Below, piece after piece: positions 36,560-49,569 of a stretch of 64,000 bases of DNA (positions are counted from its first letter, which is position 1; every line of letters begins with the position of its first letter). The position numbers were made by a program, and so were the translations under genes. The notes under the pieces were generated by a model that was not told the DNA's origin, searched no databases, and worked only from the letters and a program-made list of their open reading frames with translations. This stretch comes from Mobula hypostoma (lineage: Eukaryota), in contig NC_086118.1 in NCBI RefSeq assembly GCF_963921235.1, positions 23,500,001-23,564,000 of the forward strand. The letters are read 5' to 3'.

Positions 36560-39411
36560 CGAGGACACAACGCTTACAAAGCCACTACCTTCCCCCACCT
36601 GGGACAGTCCGTTCATCTTTCATTGCTTCTGCTTCCCAAGTATAGCCCGGTCATTAAACGTGTGAAACCACAATGAAGACTATTAAGATCTGGCTGGAGG
36701 GGGCTGACTCTGCTCTTCAGCACCAATTCCAGCACACAGACTGGAGCACGTTTGCTGCCCATGCCACCACAGACTCTCAAATTAACATTGACTTATATAC
36801 CAACTCTGTCCTTGAGCACATCAACAAGTGTGTAGATAGAGTGACATCACAAAAACAAATAAAAGTTTTCCCCAGTCAGAAGCCATGCATGAACAGAGAA
36901 GTTTGCCTCCTGGTCAAAGCCAGAGATTCAGCCTTCAGGCCTGGAGACCGGGAGGTTTACAGCTCAGCCAGGGCCAACCTGAGGAGCGGAATCTCTCAGG
37001 CTAAACACATATACAAACAGAGAATCGAGGAGCATTTCAACTCCTCAGACCCCCAGCGCATGTGTCATGGCATACAGGTCATTACAGACTTCAAATCACC
37101 TAGTACTGTGCCCCCTTCCAGCTCCGCTTCCCTCCCTGATGAGCTCAATTACTTCTATGCTCGCTTTGACCGAGAGAACAAGGAGGTCACCCTCAAAGCG
37201 GATCTCCCACCTGGTGAACTGACCCTCTCACTTTCCACCTCCAATGTTTGCGCCACCCTGAGCAGGGTGAATTTACGGAAGGCAGCTGGTCCGGATGGAA
37301 TACCTGGCCGTGTGTTCAGAGTCTGTGCAGGGCAGTTGGCTCGGGGTCTTCACGGACATTTTTAATCTGTCCCTGGCCTTGGCAGTTGTCCCCACAAGCT
37401 TCACGATCACCACCATCGTGCCAGGGCTGAAGCATTCCACTGCCATGGTCCTGAATGACTTCCGCCCAGTTGCACTCACCCCCATCATTGCAAAGTGCTT
37501 TGAGAGACTGGTTCTATCACATCTGAAATACTGACTGTCCACTACCCTGGACCTCCATCAATTTGCCTATCGCACCAACAGGTCAACAGAGGACGCCATC
37601 TCCACGGCACTTCACTCTGCCATGACCCACCTGGACAGCCCCAACTCTTACGTCAGAATGCTGTTCATTGACTTTAGTTCGACATTCAATACTGTGATCC
37701 CCTCCAAGCTGATCGCCAGACTTCGCCAGCTTGGTATCAGCTCATCCCTCTGCAATTGGACCTTGGACTTACTGACTAACAGACCCCAATCAGTTAAGTT
37801 AGACAACCTCTCCTCCTCCACTCTCACCCTGAACACTGGCGTGCCTCAAGGCTGTGTGCTGAGCCCTCTTCTGTACTCCCTTTTCACCTATGACTGTGTT
37901 CCTGTACATGGTTCTAACTTCATAATCAAGTTCGCAGACGACACCACGGTAGTTGGCCTGATCAGAGAGGATGACAAGACGGCCTACAGGGACGAGGTCC
38001 AGCACCTGGCAGCATGGTGTGCTGACAACAACCTGGCCCTTAACACCCAGAAGAGTAAGGAGATCATTGTGGACTTTAGGCATGCTAGGAGTCACACTCA
38101 CATCCCCATCTACATCAACGGAGCTGTAGTGGAGCGTGTATCAAGCTTCAAATTTCTTGGTGTCCACATTTCCGAGTAATTCAGCTGGTCCCTGTACTCC
38201 TCCATCCTGATTAAAAAGGCGCAACAGCGTCTTTATTTCCTGCGGAGCATCAAGAAAGCTCACCTCTGTCCCAGGATATTGACGGACTTTTACTGCTGTA
38301 CCATTGAGAGCATACTCATTAACTGCATCTCAGTGTGGTATGGAAATTGTCCTGTATCGGACCGCAAAGCACTCCAGCATGTGGTGAAAACTGCCCAGCA
38401 GATTATCAGCACCCAATTGCCCACCATTGAGAATATAGAAACATAGAAACATAGAAAATAGGTGCAGGAGTAGGCCATTCGGCCCTTCGAGCCTGCACCG
38501 CCATTTATTATGATCATGGCTGATCATCCAACTCAGCATCCTGCCCCAGCCTTCCCTCCATACCCCCTGACCCCCGTAGCCACAAGGGCCATATCTAACT
38601 CCCTCTTAAATATAGCCAATGAACCGGCCTCAACTGCTTCCTGTGGCAGAGAATTCCACAGATTCACCACTCTCTGTGTGAAGAAGTTTTTCCTAATCTC
38701 AGTCCTAAAAGACTTCCCTTTTATCCTCAAACTGTGACCCCTCGTTCTGGACTTCCCCAACATCGAGAACAATCTTCCTGCATCTAGCCTGTCCAATCCC
38801 TTTAGGATCTTATACGTTTCAATCAGATCCCCCCTCAATCTTCTAAATTCCAACGAGTACAATCCCAATTCATCCAGTCTTTCTTCATATGAAAGTCCTG
38901 CCATCCCAGGAATCAATCTGGTGAACCTTCTTTGTACTCCCTCTATGGCAAAGATGTCTTTCCTCAGATTAGGGGACCAAAACTGCACACAATACTCCAG
39001 GTGTGGTCTCACCAAGGCCTTGTACAACTGCAGTAGCACCTCCCTGCTCCTGTACTCGAATCCCCTCGCTATAAATGCCAGCATACCTATCTAGCAGAAT
39101 ATCTAGCATAAACACTGCCTGGGCAGGGCAAAAAGCATTATCAAGGATGCACCTCACCCTAACCATGGACTTTTTACTCCCCTCCTATCCAGTAGGCGCT
39201 ACAGGAGCCTCCACTCCCGCACCAACAGGCACAGGAAGAGCTTCCTGCTGAACCTCACATCACAATGCTAGGCAATATTGCACCCATATTGTACTGTCTC
39301 AGTACTTTTATATTTGTGTGCTGTAGCACTTTTTATTCGCAGTTATTTTGTAAGTAACACTATTCTTTGCATTTCTGGTCAGATGCTAACTGCATTTCAT
39401 TGGCTTTGTAT
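36560..39411 (+). pseudogene. Rex1/Babar LINE ORF2 (end of endonuclease through RT), frameshifted, interrupted by a CR1
   Basis: PHLGQSVH (SDH-like), [65 protein letters not shown]; 3' part resumes at 39096; terminal tail missing. Confidence 0.93.
38435..39087 (-). mobile_element. Young CR1 3' fragment nested in Rex1
   Basis: ORF 38533-39084 is nearly identical to the C-terminus of 21734-22984; (CATAGAAA)n tail; TSD agaatat (38430-38436 / 39096-39102). Confidence 0.96.
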
Positions 39412-39831
39412 CAAAACCTCTAGACTCCGCCTCGACAAGCTCCCATTGTGCCCTCCACCCCCGTCTCTGGAAGTTCTCTAACAGCTCGATGCTTTAGACT
39501 ATGTCCTCCTCAAACTGCAGCCACTCCCTCTGATGGCTTTCTGGAGGCCACTTAACTTGCCAGTGTTCTGCCACTCTGCATTACTCTCTCCTGATCCACT
39601 CATTTCATCTTGGCCTGATGTACTTTTAGACCACGCATATTCCTGCAGACCTTGATGCCAATGACTTTCTCACTTGTATTTGATGATCCATTCGCAAAGG
39701 TTGACATGCTTAGGTTCATCCTGGTGGGGTTGATAACCTCCCTCCCCCCAGCGCTCCCCTGGGTGTATGTTTTTGAAAGTCTGTCTGTGTATTCTACTTA
39801 TATTTTAGAAATTGTGGCAGCTTTTTGGAAA

Positions 39832-40514
39832 TTTAGATTAGATTAGGTTATGAGGACACTCAGTCCTCGTTTATTGTCATTTAGAAATGCATGCATTAAG
39901 AAATGATACAATGTTCCTCCAGAGCGATATCACAAAAAAAAAGGACAAACCAAAGACTAACACTGACAAGACCATATAATTATAACTTATAGTTGTAGCA
40001 GTGCAAAGCAATACCATAATTTGATAAAGAGCAGATCACGGGCACGGTAAGAAAAAGTCTCAAAGTTCTGATCGACTCCCGGTAGTCCCGATAGCAGGCG
40101 GCATAAGGGAGAAACTCTCCCTGCCATAAACCTCCAGGCACCAACAACTGCCAATGCATTGGAAGCACCCGACCACAGCCGACTCTGAGTCCGTCCGAAA
40201 ACTTCGAGCCTCTGACCAGCCCTCTGACTCCGAGCACTGAGCACCATCTCTGCCGAGCACTTCAACCCTGCCCCGGCCACTGAGCAAAAGCAAAGCCAAG
40301 GACTTGGGACCTTCTCCTCCGGAGATTCTGGATCACACAGTAACAGTGGCAGCGAAGAAGGCATTTCAGAAGTTTCTCCAGATGTTCCTCTGTACTCTCA
40401 TGTCTGTCTCCATCAAATCAGGATTGTGCACAGCACCCTACTTGACAGATAATAGATATCATTCACTGGAGTGGCCGCTGTGCGCTGCATCAGGCCGCCA
40501 TCTTCTCCTCCTTC
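39832..40514 (-). mobile_element. Family X copy C (full length)
   Basis: Colinear with copy B; right end gccgccatcttctcctcc; possible degenerate TSD ttttggaaattt / ttttgtgaattt. Confidence 0.92.
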
Positions 40515-42834
40515 ATTTTGTGAATTTGCAGGAATATGGGAAACATAGAATGAAGCAGCTCTCTTTGGCCCTTGGAATAATGTCATTTCTAACACCCAGG
40601 TACATTCTTCTATTTTTGATAACAAAATTACATAAAATGGAAACTGGTCTTAACTGGGGGAATGTCCTTGGCACACACACACATCTCACGGCTTATGGAT
40701 TAAGATCACATAATCACTGGCAGCATCTTGGAAGCAGGCTGTCCATAATGTTTTTATGCCGGGTAATGATATACAGCATTGGGAAATTAAGGTGAGAAGT
40801 TCAAAAAGAATCTCTCAGTACTTGTTACATGCTTCGAATTGTGAAAGGCAGTTACATCGTGAATCAAATTTCAAAGTCAATTTAATGTTCCAAATTATGT
40901 TCAAAAGGCTCCTTTCCTTCTGATCAAGGTAATAATTCTTATTTGGCAATTTGTGATAATTAACATCTGAAAGGAAGGGAAGATTATAAAGTGAAGCTCT
41001 TAATGTTGGTTTTAACATTTATTAGGATGGAATTATATTTAACTGGATGTAACATATATCGGTGGTATTATTTCACAAAAATCAGCCATTGATTAATAGC
41101 AATAATCTTTGCAAGGACAAAAAGGACATAACCATCCAGTAACTTAAGTTTTAAATAAAAGGCAGTCTCAAAATAGAACAAAGCTAGCCTGAGGAACTTC
41201 ACGACAGACATTATGTTTAAAAAAAAAATTCCTTATAATGTTTTCAAAGCTGAGCTTAATGTAGATCAGATGACACTTATAAAGGCCTTAACGATATAAC
41301 TCCCAGGTATCTATGACTCTAAGTTTGCCAGTACAAAATGAAGTTAAAATAACACTAAATTCAGAAAGTGGCAAATGTCTCTGAATAGGGTTATGAATGT
41401 TGCATAAAAATGATTCTGTAACTTTCCCTTTGTTCACTAAGACGTTAAACTATTAAATAAGAATTATTGGCTTTTAGACCAGATTAGAAAGTATGCAATG
41501 GGTAAAGAAGTTTTTAAACATAATTTTGGTTATTAAGTGGAATATGAAACTCGATTCACAATGTAGCTGCCTGTTAATGTATACAGCATGTCACAGGTAC
41601 TGAGAGATACCCATTGAACTTCTCACCTTTTTGTTCCCATTTACAGTCTTTTGAGATTTGACCCCTATTTTTAAGCATCAAAGTAGCATGTTAATCAATA
41701 TATGTCAGCTTTCATGCCATGGTGTTGTTGCTAAAATACTCCAGAATGCATGACTTCATTTAAAACCTTGAATATATATCTGCCTTTGAAGTTTGAGAAT
41801 TTTCTTCTTTCACAATTTCTCAATGCTGACAGATACATAGTTACACCTTATGCCTTAGGCAGATATTCCCAAGAGGGTGGATCGATGGATTTGTATTGTG
41901 AAATACCCAACAGTATTATAATGAATACATTTTGAAGTTCCTTTCCGAGAATATCAAAAAGGCAAAGGATTGTATACATGATGAGGCACAAACTGTGCCA
42001 GGAAGGAATGTGACATTCTTTATTCATCATTGAATGCTGGGGCAGGATATTAGTGGAGGAGTGACTCACTCCGCTCTGAACTGAGTGGTGACTGTCTAAA
42101 GATCAGCCCGTTTGAATGTAGCGATTGAAGTCTCTTCTGAAAATGGCTCCTGATAGCTATCACGTTATTATTGATCGGTCCAAAATACATTAAATCAATA
42201 TAATTTTAGGGATGATGATTTTTTAAATTAAAGCCAATACTTAATGGTTATTTACAATCATGTTTTTAAGAAGTTGTGCAGTTGAATTGTGAAGGTTTCG
42301 GACAATTCTTCAATTAGACTGTAACATAGAGACCTTTTCTGATGGCATTTGATGGAGAATTTGTTGATACATTTGAGCATTCAAATTTTAGAGGTAACTG
42401 TACAGAAATACATCATCATTTGGTAGTGCAATATACAATATGACCTTTCCATCGCGGCTCTGAAGTTCAGCATTATAGACGTTCAAAGTGAAGTATAATG
42501 CACGTTTAGCTATTACATATCATGATTGGTTTTAGCAACTGAGGAGAGCTCTGAGGTTAAATTTCTCTGCCAGTATATCTTTCATTGTGGCATTCACAGC
42601 TTGGTCTTCCACTGGCCAAATATTGCACTGACAGCTCCCTGCTTTTGTTTACTTAGTTTAGTAATAGCTCAGTTCTCTGTATGGAATCCAAAGGCAGAAC
42701 AAAGCTTCCTCAGATTTCATAGCACTTGCAAAAATTTGATTCATTGAACTTAATCTGGTGGGAAGATATGGCCATGGAGAGTGCAGTAAACATGGATTAC
42801 TTTCCTTTCTCCTTGATTTAATTAAATGGAGAGA

Positions 42835-43215
42835 ATTATAGATTCAATAGAGCTCAGAAACAAGCCTTTTGGCCTGACTCATCCATGCCAATTGAATTGC
42901 CTAGTGAGCTTGTCTCATCTGCCTGCATTTGGCCCTTCTGCTAACTTCTGCTAACCACACACTATCTAGGTGTGAAATTAGCCTCAAGCATTATGCCTGC
43001 CTGAAGCACCAGTTCTGGCAGTTCATTCGAACTACGCTCTATCCTTTGCATAAAGAAGCTGCCCCTGATGGCCCTTTTAAATCTCTTGCCTCTGATTTTA
43101 AACCAGTACCCTCCTGTTTTTAGCACACTTCCCTGGGAATAGACTGTGCACCTTCTAGCAGGTCACTCATCAATTTCCTAAATTCTAGGGAATAAAGTCC
43201 TAGTCTATGCTATTT
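42835..43215 (-). mobile_element. Decayed CR1 3' end
   Basis: gaaacaagccttttggcc..., tctggcagttcattc, gcccttttaaatctc, ccctgggaatagact; similar to 5190-5470. Confidence 0.6.
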
Positions 43216-43596
43216 TACTTTATTATTATTAAAATAAAAATAGTATTTTTTCATTCTTAGATAATTTCTGAGTTTTTAAAAAAGTCATCGAATGGCAATA
43301 ATGCTTATACACATTCAACATAAAAGGGAGCTGGGGAAACTGACTGTTGTGGCCTCACTGGCTTTCTAGGCCAGTCAGGAGTGAGAGCTGCTTTGAATTA
43401 GCGTCCCACCAAAAGACCATGCTTGAGGCTTCAAGGTGGAATGGGCATTTGGGAGCTGGCCAACTTGCTTGGTGGCGATTGACTTGTTGAGGTAACTATT
43501 ATTTCTATTTACAAACTTGGCAATATCTTCTAAGATCAAACTAACCTTTTGAAATATGTAAAGGTCCAAAGTGGAGAATATGTGGGTGTTTTCAAT

Positions 43597-43720
43597 GTCT
43601 CCCTTTCTCTCTCTTTCCTCTCACTTTCTCACTTTCTTTCTCTGTTTCTGGTTCTCTCTCTGTCTCTTTCTCCCTTTCTCCCTTCTTCTGTCTCTTTATC
43701 TCTTTCTGCGTCCTTCTCAT
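43597..43720. repeat. Degenerate (CT)n polypyrimidine microsatellite
   Basis: ~120 bp composed almost entirely of C and T. Confidence 0.9.
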
Positions 43721-46700
43721 CACATGCGGGTCTCCTGAATGTCAATGTTCACTTCAACAAACAAAACTAAAACCTTTTGTTTTATATCTGAGTAATGTAG
43801 CAATCCGTAAATGTTTCCCTCACATTGCTGTCATTGTTTTTGCTTTCAAACTTTGTAAAATTCTCAACACTAGAGGCAGAATTCAGTTCCTAATTCAAAT
43901 ATTATTATCTAGGTTAACCCTACCTTCCTCTCAGTGCTTTAAACCGTTTCAGACAACTTAATTCAATGTTACACATCAATAACTTAATAATCTGCTTTGC
44001 ATTTTAAATGAACAGCCAGAAGCATCAAGAAAAATGATAGTCTTTCCTAGTTGTATTATGAGGCATCCTCCTGGGATTGTCACTGAAAACAATTTTAAAA
44101 TCAATATTAAAATATTTTGCTGACCATTTGACCTATTCTAGTTATTGCTAATCCCCTAATCATTTCCAGTTGAATTTTTTTTATTCAGCACACAACCCAC
44201 ACAATATTGATGAGTAGCACATTGAATGAGATAGAAGTCAGAGTAGGTGCAAAAAGCATACTCCCTTCCATTCTGGGATAGCCTCCATGATAGACAGCGC
44301 ACTGAAGCAGCCTTGGCTTCCATGCCTTTTGCTACAAGATAAGCTGGATACTTGGCGGAAATGTAAGAGGGTGGAATAAATAAAATCATTAACTGCAGGA
44401 TAACATATATTGCAAGTGCATTATAGTCTTATGGGAAAGGTGATGATATTTTATTCTGGGGGAAAATTCATTTGTTTCTCCTGGACATTTCACTTAGGAG
44501 AAAAATTCTTCAGTTTCACTTCAGAAATACTGAGCTCTTTTCAAGTCACAATAGCTAAATATTTCTGGAAACAGGAGTAAAGTTTGGAGTTCAGTTTAGT
44601 TTTTGACCGTAGATTACTGGCATATAATGTGGCAATGTCCACAAGAAAAAAACAGGCATTCATTCTCAGCCATATTTTGCCAGATGTTGGCTAAGGTCTA
44701 CTCTCATCACACTCACTATCAAATTCAAACGCTGTCAGGCACGTACAATTTCTGTCATTGTGCTACCAAGATTCCACCTGACCAATGAGACTCTAAAGAA
44801 AGCAACTGTATTAGTCCTGTCACTGACCACAAACATCAGCCAGTCACCCACCACCTTCTATTATTGCTAGGTTAAGAATGACAAGGGCAATGAGCATAAA
44901 GTTTATTTTGTGTGCTTATTCTAAACTTTGAAAAGACTGATGTTAACCAAAGTAATTGGTGAACATATGCCAAGATAAATTGTATCTTGATCCAAAAAAA
45001 ATCATTTTCAGTTACCTATTAAATGGGATCTCCCAGCTACTCAAATCAAAGGACTATTTTCCTAAAGGTTTAAAAAGCAAGAACACTCTTTTAATATTTA
45101 AGGTTATAACTCAAGTAAAGACAGGAATGCAATGAGCTGCATTTAAAGGTATATAGGTATAATTGCAGTTATGCTGACTGTAGTGATGTAGTATAATTCT
45201 AAAACACACTGTCAAAACTTGTTGGAATCTTGCACTCGTGTAAAGTTACATGATGCAGCTATTTCATCTTCGCCGAAGTTTTAAAGGAAATTTTGCAACA
45301 AATCCACGATTTGGAAATTGAAGTCTGATGATAATCCTGAACTCACTTGTCTGGAGAATGTTGGAAAGTTCAGCTGCACACCTGGAGTTCTAACTACTGG
45401 TTTGAACGAGTGCAAATTCCACAGCAGTGTGATAAAAGTGAAAAAAATGATAGATAATTTGAGCTGCATACATTTGCACTTCCCCATTCTAAATAATTTC
45501 ATTTACATCTATATGTGAATAATGTGCACCAAATCTCGATATTTTCTTACTTATATTATAAATAATTTAATTACTTCTGCTTGGGTTTCATTGAGATTTG
45601 CCCTCCTTTAGTCAGGAGAAAGTACATGCACTCTGTTCAATGAGTTGGTGAATATTTGCCTTCAGCTAGTGAGCACTTCAGGCCAATTTGGAACAACAGG
45701 ACTGGCTTACTGTAATTTCCTACCTAATACAGTGGACATGTCTGAACTTTATTAACTGCAGCCACAAAGCCACACATGAAATCCGCTGAATTAACCAATC
45801 ACTTGCTACACTGTTGGAGCATCGTAGGGTTAGCTTTGATCAGCAAAAAATATTATGACAAGTACATCCCACTCATTTCAGATTTTGTAACATCTGGATA
45901 TATTGATAATTAATGATAAGATAATTCACCTCAGTTAGTTGCAATTAAAGTCTGTTTTGGATGTCTCCATGCAGCAGCAAATTTGTCAAAATCAGCTGAT
46001 ATACCACTTCAACCAATTCATCCATCTCAATTACTTCTTTTACCATATCACACCCTCAGTAGTCACAATTACTGATAAGTAGAGAAGCTAACAAGTTCTA
46101 TATGTCCTGGCTGAAATCAAATTACTTTCTATTTTAAGATGTAAAAGCATTATGAATAAATGAGTAATACAAGGGCTGATTTATAGAACAAGCTTTGAAT
46201 TGAGGGGTGAAGGATAGAAGCAAGAGTTGCTCCTTCTTCCTCTACCTCACCATGTGGTGTTATTGGCTTGCACTTGTTTAGCCAATGAAGTGAAGACGTG
46301 TTCCTTTTGCACTAATTAGAGAACACAGTGTGTTGGATGCAATTCCCTTCTATTGTTTAATAATAAAGAATAACTTAAACTGATATGTTTATCTGACTGA
46401 AGTGCAGGGGATAGGCGAATGAGAATTGCACGTCTATCAATGTTACCATATGGGTCTACTTTTTGTGAAAAGATTACCATAGTGTTTCCATTGCAATTGA
46501 TATCCTGCTGTGGATTAGACCTCAGTGAACAAGTTGCTAAAAAAAAATTCAGAAAACTTATTAAAACTTTAGCTGAAGATCAAGTTAATGTTGGGGCTGA
46601 TGCTATACCAGTTGCAAAGTTAATAGTTATTCTGTGATCCTTTCTAAAATCCACCTCAGTAAAGAAAATGCGATTCATGAAGTGTAGTAAGAATTTAGCC

Positions 46701-47223
46701 ATGTGAGGTTATGTAGCAGCGCAATTTTAAGGGAAAGCATGGTCCATTTAATTTCCACTTCAAACTCTTTAACTGGTCAAAATTATATTGTAGTTTAATC
46801 TTCATATTTAATATTTGCATAATTCTAAAAATTCAGAAAAAGCTATGTTATGTCCATTGCCACAAATTTTTACGCTTCTTAAAGTATCATTTTTGATACC
46901 AACAATGAGATCAGAGGGGAGGGCAAGGTGACAACCATGTATTCTGCTCTCTCTAGACTCTGACATTAGAGGTTTAGGTTTTAGAGAATACTGCAAATTT
47001 CTTTTGCCTCAAATTTTTTATGTTTTCCCTGCTTTCCTCCAGGATGGCATTTGAATTCCCCTCTCTATTTCCCAGATGCAAAGAGCAAGATTAGTCTGAC
47101 ATTATTTAGGGGAGCAACAGGGAACGGGTGAGATCCATTGTTCTCAGAACGCAGTTTGAAGCAGCCATTAAATAGCTTTTATATGAAGACTTTTGTGATA
47201 GTTACCAGTCAGATTAAATTGAG

Positions 47224-47480
47224 CATTACGTTACACCACACCAGAGAGTTCAATGGAGAGAAAGCATCATTACAAAAGATGCCCCTGTCACAGACAGAGC
47301 TTTAGGCAGGGTGATCTCAATCATTACACAGAGGACCTCTACCACTGAACATAGCTGTAGGCAGGAGATCTTTGTGACTGAATGCATCATTACACCTCAT
47401 TACACCAGAGATCTCCCTCACTGGACAGGGTATTAGGTGAGTGAATCTTTTCTACTGAATGTATCATTATACAGAAGATT
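47224..47480 (+). repeat. Degenerate ~55-75-bp minisatellite, about 4 units
   Basis: Recurring atcattaca...cac..(g/a)aca...taggc/tag...atct..(actgaatg) at ~47264, 47320, 47385 and 47463. Confidence 0.7.
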
Positions 47481-48325
47481 TGAACAAATGAGCTAGGAAT
47501 TCCAGACTCCCTGGGAATTCAGTCAAAGGCAGCTTCAAAGGCATGAAGCTACAGAGTCTGAAATACTTTAATTTGCATGAAATTTCTCAAGGGGAGAAAA
47601 TGATCATGACTTCATCTGACTATTATAGTTATCCAGAATGTCTATGTCCATTTAACTCATCTTTTTAATAGCATGGGACAAAGATAAGCCTGGGGCTGTG
47701 AAAAATGTTTCCAACCACCATTTGTAACACCGTGAGTTAAATCCTGATTCTTAATGTAGAAGGGTGAAGATCGAAAGATGAGTCAGTGTATGATGTCCCC
47801 AAAAAGCTCAGGTGCTGAATATTTTGGCCAGAATTAGCCTGATCCAGCCACTATCACCTCAAGGTAATGGATTTGGTATATTGTAGTTTCTTGGCAGATC
47901 CCTGACTGCGGGTCTACATGTCAATCAAACCTTTCCTCCTGATGCCTGTGACAAATACTTTCAACTTCAGGATGTACCCTGCTCAAGTATGGCATCTCCC
48001 TGCAGAGAAGGGAAAGGTCAACCGAAGTAACTTAAATGACCTGTCCCAGGCTATCAGCTGAGTTAGAATTATCTGAAAGTAAAATTCTGTCATTAAATGT
48101 TTGGTACAACAGTGTAGAAGGTAAAAAGGGCACAAAATCTCTTTGTTTTACATTATGCAATGGAGATGCACATTTTAGCAGTGCAGAATATTGAGCAATG
48201 CCCCCTTCAATTAAGTATGAAGCCTCTCTGCATTTTTCCAATGTTTACTTTGTTCAACAGCTGCAGATGCTCAGTACTTGTAGCATTCCATAACTTAGAC
48301 CATAAACAACAAAAGGTACTTGAGT

Positions 48326-48410
48326 GACACACACAAAGTTCAGCAGGTCAGGCAGCATCCACAGAGAGGAATAAAGAGGTGATGTTTCAATCCAAGACTC
48401 TTCATCAGAT
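48326..48410 (-). mobile_element. Penelope-like terminus with hammerhead core
   Basis: cagcaggtcaggcagcatc; reverse strand of 48381-48408 reads CTGATGA agagtcttggatt GAAA catc (both core boxes intact, stem I lost). Confidence 0.7.
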
Positions 48411-49569
48411 AAAAGTACTTGAATTATGTGAGATTTAAATTTCATCACCTTGAAACACTGTCAATTACCTGTCATGAACTTGCTGTCAAAAAGTCACATT
48501 AATTATGCTTTTGGCATGCATTTCTTTCTTGAGCATTAATTTCATCATAAATTTTAATTCATGATTAAAATTCCTATCATTTTGAATGGTGATCCATCCC
48601 AGCCATCTTCAATGAGTTTAAGTACTGCTATTAGAAATTACCTTTAATAATAAGTCATGAGATATAATAAAACCTGCTCTAAACAAGTTCTATACACCTT
48701 TGTTTCAATTTATATTAGCTTGGAATGTCGTTAGTACTGACTAATGTTGCTTTTCAAACTGTTGCCTTGTTTCACATTTATGAAAGCCTAGATTTGTACA
48801 CTGACAGAAATCTACAATACTGCTCTAATACCATGTTAAGATTTATATTTCACATTTGTGATTGGCTAATGAAAAACATAAATCTACCAAAAATAGTGTG
48901 AAAAATGCATTAAAAGTTAGTGTAAGTTAAACACTCCATAATTTCTGCCTGTATTAGGCTGTTTGAGGCTTTAAAATCAAGTGTTTTATTTATCATGGAA
49001 AAAAGAATGTAGGCAACCTCTTCCATAAATGTCAGAAGAGTGTAAACTGATAAGAACCAGACCAAATACTCTCCCTAAAAGTACATTACTGGCGTCTGTT
49101 CTTGTGCTGTGACCTGGGAGCTTTGAGAAGCAACATTGACTTGTAGTCGAGCTGAAAGACAAGGCCTCTGCAGTAAGTTTGAGGGCAAAGACATTAACTC
49201 CTATGTGCCACTATTTCTTCATCCGCAATAATTAACAAAACTGAAAAAAATTCTCAATTCAGAAACAATCCCTGCTTCAGATCAGGGTAGTTTGAACCTC
49301 ATAATTTATTTAGTTGCTTGTGGCTTTGGTGTTCAATGTTGATTAAACACATTCATCTGGATCAGGAAACAAATTGTTCATTTGGCACTGGTTTCTGTGA
49401 ATGCTGATACTGTTGAAACTGAAAGTGTAAAGATAAACTGTGCTCTTATTTTATTTACATTATTATCTAGATTCTTTGTGTAAATGTGGACTTATATTCT
49501 GTTTCTTACACAATGGCCAGAAACTATTCGGCAACATATCGAAATATAACAATGGCACAATAAGCCTTT

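Noticed and set aside
46998..47135. Strong polypyrimidine-CAG acceptor at ~47042 with a possible donor near 47128
   Set aside because: No recognisable coding frame or partner exons; isolated splice-like motifs arise by chance.
47224..47480. CRISPR-like repeat-spacer array
   Set aside because: Repeats are short and degenerate, the intervening sequences are homologous, there are no cas genes, and the context is vertebrate.
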